A stretch of 63,997 nt of DNA, counting the filler, from Candidatus Babelota bacterium (GTDB taxonomy: Bacteria; JAGOBX01), in the NCBI GenBank assembly GCA_017999075.1. It is 13 parts of 13 records of this genome, joined end to end, with 100 filler letters (N's around TTAATTAATTAA, not from the genome) between each part and the next. Parts side by side here need not be neighbours in the genome. Positions count along the whole stretch, not along the records: positions 1 to 4,894 come from JAGOBX010000310.1; positions 4,995 to 9,880 come from JAGOBX010000311.1; 11 more parts are not named here. One strand, written 5' to 3'. Below, one piece after another: positions 1 to 5,162 of this stretch. The notes below the pieces were generated by a model. That model searched no databases. It had not been told where the DNA came from and saw only the letters and a program-made list of their open reading frames with translations. Numbering within the stretch: the stretch's first letter is position 1; every line of letters starts with the position of its first letter. The translations under genes were made by a program, and so were the position numbers.

Positions 1-116
1 GCGTGATTGATTCGATAACCGCTCGAGAGCTTTTCCATATTGCGATTAACTCGGAATGTTAAATTTGTAAGATTTCTATGCGCGAAATCCGCAGGTATAT
101 TGTGTTGAATTCTCAT
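1..116 (-). CDS. fliC: Flagellin, N-terminal fragment (truncated at window start; absent from the ORF track)
   Basis: Manual translation from the ATG at 116 gives MRIQHNIPADFAHRNLTNLTFRVNRNMEKLSSGYRINH, matching the flagellin N-terminal signature (MRIxHN...EKLSSGxRIN). GGAGG RBS just upstream; sigma-28 promoter further upstream. Confidence 0.88.
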   Translation of the reverse strand, partial: MRIQHNIPADFAHRNLTNLTFRVNRNMEKLSSGYRINH

Positions 117-220
117 TCAGCCGCCTCCAAACGAGATATGTATAGAACTTCTCCCTTTGGCTGCACAAGGCAGTTATACAAATGTTGTATTACGATGTTT
201 TTTTTAGGTTTCCGTTCCAT
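113..220 (-). CDS. 35-aa upstream ORF overlapping the flagellin start (ATGA overlap)
   Basis: MERKPKKNIVIQHLYNCLVQPKGEVLYISRLEAAE*. Strong RBS CGGAGGAAAATAT-ATG; its TGA overlaps the flagellin ATG. Confidence 0.45.
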   Translation of the reverse strand: MERKPKKNIVIQHLYNCLVQPKGEVLYISRLEAAE

Positions 221-317
221 ATATTTTCCTCCGTGAAATATATCAATTACATAAAGCTGATAAACAGCTATATGCTATTGGTAAAAAATATCTAATATAT
301 TTCTATAAAGTCCTCCT

Positions 318-351
318 AAAATAAAAAATGCCCGCAATTATTTGCAGGCAT
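318..351 (-). terminator. Intrinsic terminator within the flagellin 5' leader
   Basis: Minus strand ATGCCTGCAA-ATAA-TTGCGGGCAT followed by TTTTTATTTT. Confidence 0.7.
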
Positions 352-468
352 CCTTACCTTAAATATTATCCATAAAATTAAATTATTTTTGCTGGGTCAA
401 TCAATCTCCAGCGTTGAAGGTCTCTTCAGTGAAGTCCAACCTTCTTCGTCTACAAATTAACATATTAT

Positions 469-495
469 ATATCGTCAATATGTTAAATAAACTTA
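469..495 (-). promoter_or_regulatory. Sigma-28 (FliA/SigD) promoter
   Basis: Minus strand TAAG-N15-GACGATAT versus consensus TAAA-N15-GCCGATAA/T; points toward the flagellin gene. Confidence 0.7.
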
Positions 496-722
496 AGATT
501 TATTTATCAAAATTTTATAACCGTTTATTTATCAATATATTGGTTGAAAATATATTTCCCTTATATCCCGATTTTTACAGAAAAAAATTATAGAAATTTC
601 TAATATGCCATTATTTTGGATATCCTGTCTTGGAGATTATGCTTTTCTTCGGAACCAATTACGGAGTTCCGAGCCACCTGGTCTTGCCTATTAGAAATCC
701 TAATTCAATTATAAAATAATGG

Positions 723-761
723 AAGCCGTTCGAGCCTTGAAAAGCTTGGGCGGCTTTTTTT
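723..761 (+). terminator. Intrinsic terminator
   Basis: AAGCCGTTCGAGC / GCTTGGGCGGCTT 13-bp stem with G-U pairs, followed by a T run. Confidence 0.75.
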
Positions 762-942
762 ATTTCCGCTACTAAATTCACACATTAACGACTTATCCGA
801 ACAACTGGAGGTGATGAAAAGTCTCGGAAGTCCCTGCATTCTCAGCAAATTCTATCAATTATTTTAGTCCTGCCTACGAATCCTTCACTAGTATCGAGTT
901 CATAATTTTTCATTAAATTTCCTACGGGAGAGGTGTGTACAA

Positions 943-1080
943 ATGAAGAAATTGTTTATTTTGTTAATGAAATGCGCGCTGATTTTTCTCTTTTCAATGT
1001 TATTTGCAATGTGGACTGGAGCTGTAATGTTTTTCTTGATGATTGGAACTGCAATTCGTAATTACTCTGCTAAAAAATAA
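943..1080 (+). CDS. 45-aa small hydrophobic membrane peptide
   Basis: MKKLFILLMKCALIFLFSMLFAMWTGAVMFFLMIGTAIRNYSAKK*; RBS GAGAGGTG upstream; below the ORF-track cutoff. Confidence 0.6.
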   Translation: MKKLFILLMKCALIFLFSMLFAMWTGAVMFFLMIGTAIRNYSAKK

Positions 1081-1179
1081 TGCCGCTTTTTTTCCTGCCT
1101 ATAACTCCGCTACTGCTGCCGCCCTGGCTATGATTCTATTTTTATTTTATTAAATCTATTTAAAGGATGGTGTTATTTT

Positions 1180-1488
1180 ATGTGGAAAAAACCAAGTTTA
1201 TCAGTTTTAAAAACTGTGCCTGATCTTTATTCAACTGAGAATGTAAGCTGCAAAGACAAATTAATTTATCTGCATTTTTTCATCGGAAATTGCGACTGGT
1301 ATATTGCTGAAATTGATCACAGTGATTTTGATCTGATGTTCGGGTATTGCATTCTCAACGGAGATCTTGAAATGGCAGAATGGGGCTACGTTTCATTATC
1401 TGAACTTGCTGCTATCAATGTCCGCGGAATTGAAGTTGACCGTGATCTTTACTGGGATGTAAAGCTGTTCTCTAGTATCAAGCTGTAA
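1180..1488 (+). CDS. DUF2958 family protein (mobile-element associated)
   Basis: Pattern P.LY.TE...FF....WY..E.D...FG......E.GY.SL.EL...I..DRD.YW is typical of DUF2958; RBS AAGGATGG. Confidence 0.8.
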   Translation: MWKKPSLSVLKTVPDLYSTENVSCKDKLIYLHFFIGNCDWYIAEIDHSDFDLMFGYCILNGDLEMAEWGYVSLSELAAINVRGIEVDRDLYWDVKLFSSIKL

Positions 1489-1507
1489 TCCGTAAGAAAA
1501 TAATCCG

Positions 1508-1525
1508 CGCATTTTTGCCTTATAT
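1508..1525 (+). repeat. 18-nt intergenic direct repeat CGCATTTTTGCCTTATAT, copy 1
   Basis: Identical copy at 2191-2208; both follow a stop codon. Confidence 0.8.
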
Positions 1526-1569
1526 ACGACAGTATATATCGCGCGATTTTCTATCATCATTACTCACCG

Positions 1570-1614
1570 CACAAAGAGCCGAGTATGCCGTTATGGTGTA
1601 TTCGGCTTTTTGTG
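1570..1614 (+). terminator. Long-stem intrinsic terminator
   Basis: CACAAAGAGCCGAGTATGCC / GGTGTATTCGGCTTTTTGTG 20-bp stem with G-U pairs on the + strand and an embedded T run. Confidence 0.7.
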
Positions 1615-1708
1615 TTTATAGCCGCAATTTATTTAATAAACGCTACTTATCCAACCTAATTTCTTATCATTAATTTTCAATACTAAATTTATCATGGAGG
1701 TTTTTACT

Positions 1709-2188
1709 ATGGACAAAATCTGTCTTATTGGGTCAAGAACCCTTACCGATGAGATGATCCTTGACCTGCATTCTACATTGGATCAGCTTACTGCATCAAA
1801 GCAACCTGTATTTTCTACAGGTGGATGCGCTGGCATTTCCATTGAAGCAGTAAAGTACTTTATCGCTAAAGGCGATTGCTCTAAAGTTCATATCTGGCTG
1901 GCGAAGAAGCTTGAAAACATTCCGATAGTGGTTAAACCGTTTATCCATCAAGCAATAAAAATGGGCGCGATTATCATTGAATCTCATTGCAACCAATATC
2001 TTGCGGGCATTATCAGTCGAAACAAGGAAATGCTGGCTGACTGCGATATCTGTAACGCCTACCGCTTGAACAGAAGCTTGGGCACTACGCACGAACTGAA
2101 CTATGCCGCACAATACCACAAGTCAATTCTGCTACACGACTACGACACACTACAATTAAAGTTACCGCTATTTCATTTAGAAAAATAA
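1709..2188 (+). CDS. SLOG-superfamily (DprA/Smf/YspA-like) protein
   Basis: ICLIGSR, STGGCAG, SRNKEML and S.GT..E...A motifs of the SLOG fold. GGAGG RBS favours the ATG at 1709 over 1694. Confidence 0.7.
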   Translation: MDKICLIGSRTLTDEMILDLHSTLDQLTASKQPVFSTGGCAGISIEAVKYFIAKGDCSKVHIWLAKKLENIPIVVKPFIHQAIKMGAIIIESHCNQYLAGIISRNKEMLADCDICNAYRLNRSLGTTHELNYAAQYHKSILLHDYDTLQLKLPLFHLEK

Positions 2189-2190
2189 CC

Positions 2191-2208
2191 CGCATTTTTG
2201 CCTTATAT
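2191..2208 (+). repeat. 18-nt intergenic direct repeat CGCATTTTTGCCTTATAT, copy 2
   Basis: Identical to 1508-1525. Confidence 0.8.
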
Positions 2209-2285
2209 GCAGAAAAATAGGCCATTTTTTTATTCATTTCACTTCATTACAAATTTAAATTTTATAACAAGGAGTTGATGTCATT

Positions 2286-2486
2286 ATGGCATATCCGTTT
2301 GAGAGGAGCTGTACTATCCCGTATGAAACCAGTACAAAACTTAAAATTCTGGCTACCGCTGAAGGAATTCCAATTACCAAAATGATCGTTAAAATTATTG
2401 ACGAGTATTATCTCTATACAGATATCGATAAAATCAAAGCTGCAAAAATTAAACTTAATATTCAGGCAGGTGATCGCAATGTCTAA
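2286..2486 (+). CDS. Small ribbon-helix-helix-like DNA-binding protein
   Basis: 66 aa with a strand-helix-helix pattern (RSCTIP..TSTKLKILA.AEGIPITKMIVKIIDEY); RBS AAGGAG; stop overlaps the integrase start. Confidence 0.55.
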   Translation: MAYPFERSCTIPYETSTKLKILATAEGIPITKMIVKIIDEYYLYTDIDKIKAAKIKLNIQAGDRNV

Positions 2487-3312
2487 TCAAGAATTAATAT
2501 CCAAATTTATTGATCAAATGCTATTGCAGGGCAAAGCTAATTCTACTATCGGAACATACGCTTCACACGTTGGACAACTGGCTAAATGGATTGACTGTGA
2601 CCTTTCTCAAGTTACAGATGAAATGATACGCTGCTATTTTCTCAATCTCAGAACCAGTGTACCAGAAGCTGAACAGTATTATAATTCAGCTATCAGCGCA
2701 ATTAAATTGTTTGTAGAATCAACCCTCAAGCGTAAATGGATTGGGCTCGATTACATTAAGGTCAGGCATCATAAACTGAAAGAAGTATTAACCCCTGAAG
2801 AAGTCAAATACCTGCTTGAATCAATAACGAACCTCAAGCATAAGTGTATCCTTGGCTTACTATATAGCTCGATGCTCAGGCTAAATGAGGTGGTCCATCT
2901 CAAAGTCAAAGGCGATATTGATTCAAGTCAGATGATCGTTAATGTCCGAGTAGCCAAAGGCGGCAAGGAGCGCATTACAATTTTATCAGACAAAGTACTA
3001 GGCTGGTTGCGCGAATATTTCAAACAGTATCATCCAAAGGAAAGGCTCTTTGAAGGCCAGAATCCAGGTTCACACATTACGGGCAGAACGGTCGAACATA
3101 TTATGGAACAAGCATTGGACCGCTGCTGCATTGATAAGAAAGTAAGTCCTCACGGCTTACGCAGAACTGGCGCATCTCATTTGTTAGAATCTGGCGTTGA
3201 TCTACGCACAATACAGATTTTACTAGGACATAGCGATATTTCAACCAGTACGATTTACCTGCAAGTCTCTACAAGCCATATCTCAAAGATCAAAAGCTTA
3301 TTGGATAAATAA
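2479..3312 (+). CDS. Tyrosine recombinase with N-terminal SAM-like domain (integron-integrase-like/XerD-like, about 277 aa)
   Basis: Catalytic residues R (MLRLNE), K (AKGGK), HxxR (HGLRR), LGH and Y (STIY); HLLESGVDLRTIQILLGH motif. Start at 2479 supported by an AGGTGA RBS. Confidence 0.92.
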   Translation: MSNQELISKFIDQMLLQGKANSTIGTYASHVGQLAKWIDCDLSQVTDEMIRCYFLNLRTSVPEAEQYYNSAISAIKLFVESTLKRKWIGLDYIKVRHHKLKEVLTPEEVKYLLESITNLKHKCILGLLYSSMLRLNEVVHLKVKGDIDSSQMIVNVRVAKGGKERITILSDKVLGWLREYFKQYHPKERLFEGQNPGSHITGRTVEHIMEQALDRCCIDKKVSPHGLRRTGASHLLESGVDLRTIQILLGHSDISTSTIYLQVSTSHISKIKSLLDK

Positions 3313-3389
3313 TTGGCATTATTTAAAGGCAAGCCAAATAAATAGGCGGCATTTTTTCTCGTCATTACATTTTACGAATATTTTCACAT

Positions 3390-3424
3390 AAGGCGCGGCG
3401 CTGTAATAGCTCTGCGCCTTTTTT
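3390..3424 (+). terminator. Intrinsic terminator between the integrase and GGDEF genes
   Basis: AAGGCGCGGCGCT / AGCTCTGCGCCTT stem followed by a T run. Confidence 0.7.
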
Positions 3425-3457
3425 ATTTAAAACCAAAATCAAAGGAGTTGAATTACA

Positions 3458-3958
3458 ATGGTCAAGTATATTAAAGCCATTTTTATTACTATCAAAGTTT
3501 CTTTTTACATTTTCAGTGAAGCATTAGAACAGACGGACATTCATCACTTGGTTGGACTAAAGGACGCATTAACGGGATTATTCAACAGAAAATATTTCAA
3601 TTACTACACAGCTAAAAACAGCAAAAACATCAAGGGCTACATCATGCTGGACGTGGATCACTTCAAAACGATAAATGACACTCTCGGACACGACGCGGGC
3701 GACTCAACACTAATAAAATTAGCTGACTTTTTACGCACTATTCCCGCTGATTGCAAATTATTCCGCTTTGCTGGGGATGAATTCGTGATTACAGTTACTG
3801 ATAAAAAACTATTAGCGATCATTTCCCGTTACATCCGTTATAATGTTTATTCCGCCGTTGGCATCAATTGCAGTATCGGAGCAGGTTCAGACTGGAAGAC
3901 AAGCGACATAGCTTTGTATCAGTCTAAGGTTACCAGAGGCAGATATACAATTCTCTAA
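3458..3958 (+). CDS. Stand-alone GGDEF-domain protein (diguanylate cyclase, AGDEF variant)
   Basis: DALTGLFNRKYF, MLDVDHFKTINDTLGHDAGD, RFAGDEF, SIG and D.ALY.SK motifs; RBS AAGGAG. Confidence 0.88.
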   Translation: MVKYIKAIFITIKVSFYIFSEALEQTDIHHLVGLKDALTGLFNRKYFNYYTAKNSKNIKGYIMLDVDHFKTINDTLGHDAGDSTLIKLADFLRTIPADCKLFRFAGDEFVITVTDKKLLAIISRYIRYNVYSAVGINCSIGAGSDWKTSDIALYQSKVTRGRYTIL

Positions 3959-3959
3959 T

Positions 3960-4894
3960 AATATCCTCCGATAGAATTAATTCATTACAGGCACATTTTC
4001 CGTTATCAAGAGTATGTCATAAAGCAGCGGCAGTCAAACTTGATTCAGTAAAAAAATACGGCGCGATTTTCCATAATCCACTAATTTTTTTCCTGAACAA
4101 ATAGCTATTGTGACAGCCGCTTCTGCTTTATGATTTAATATTTGTTCTAAGCGGAAAATGTGTCTCTCTTCTACGCAAGATAGACTTTTTCAAGTTTGGT
4201 GTATTTGGAATATTGACTTGTATTCTATGCGCTTCAAGTTATTTCATTTCACTCGCTCGCCTATACGGTCTTTGAAGATTGTGTAGGCGGGCGATTATTG
4301 TTTTCTTATTGGATTTAGATTCACATTGCGCCGATTGTCATTGTTCTTTGTTTTCGCTGTGGGTATAGCAAGTTGGCTATCCAGCGAAAACATCCACCAT
4401 CTACATTGCAATTTTAACGTTTTTCTTGCTTATTACGGAAATTGCAATTTCGATGGCGGTAGTTAAATTCAAATACCTTTTTACATTCTATGCCGCAACG
4501 GCGTATAATATATATTATAACGCCATTGCTTATCATTGGTTCTATATGGAAATAATTGCCCGTTCGTCAACTTTGCAGTTGGACGACAGGCAATTATATT
4601 ATTTTAATTTTCTACAGCGACTGGGATTGGATTATAGCGGAACAATAATCGCCTATAGTATTCCGACTATATACCTGGGGAACACTGCTGGAGCCTTTAT
4701 GGTCTGACAGGGGTGCGGGGATAATACCGAAATAATTGTATAAAAAATTAGACTATTAAATTAGTTTGGGACTATCTCAATATTGTTATAATTGCAATAG
4801 CGACAATTTTACAATTTTTCTCAAAGGACAATAAATTGCAAATGTTGTAATTATCTAATATATTATACTTTTATTACTCGAAATCGTCGTAAGG
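3960..4894 (+). ncRNA. Candidate large structured ncRNA or structured ssDNA element (unclassified; truncated at contig end)
   Basis: At least 7 consecutive hairpins (3989-4165, 4253-4294, 4349-4392, 4394-4459, 4495-4529, 4552-4597, ~4624-4664) and no convincing CDS. Strand is uncertain. Confidence 0.4.
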
Positions 4895-5162
4895 NNNNNN
4901 NNNNNNNNNNNNNNNNNNNNNNNNNNNNNNNNNNNNNNTTAATTAATTAANNNNNNNNNNNNNNNNNNNNNNNNNNNNNNNNNNNNNNNNNNNNTGCCGT
5001 TCAAATTTAAAACTGTTATAAATATCAAAATTATTAACAATAAAAATATTTTTTTCATAAGTTTTAACTCCGGAAAATCATTAAACAACCTGTTGTTTTA
5101 ATATTATTAACTTTAAAAATCCTAACTTGATTTAATAATTTTTAATCAGATTTTTCAATCTG

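Noticed and set aside
814-867. 17-aa ORF after GGAGGTG
   Set aside because: No spacing between the SD and the ATG, so it is unlikely to be translated.
1796-2119. Antisense ORFs in the track (this one and e.g. 41208-41699, 44902-45252, 55963-56358, 59998-60303)
   Set aside because: Shadow frames opposite well-supported genes, with no motifs.
2398-2478. N-terminal extension of the integrase given in the ORF track
   Set aside because: It overlaps the RHH gene; the RBS and domain start support the ATG at 2479.
4426-4707. 93-aa ORF in the structured region
   Set aside because: TTG start with no RBS, no recognisable motif, and it overlaps several hairpins; probably spurious, though not excluded.
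3960-4894. CRISPR array, canonical attC array or group II intron
   Set aside because: The hairpins are not repeats of one sequence, no RYYYAAC/GTTRRRY boxes are evident, and no domain V motif or RT gene is visible.
4895-4994. Regularly spaced TTAATTAATTAA palindrome as a biological repeat
   Set aside because: Always flanked by 44 N on each side and encodes stops in all six frames; it is an assembly linker.
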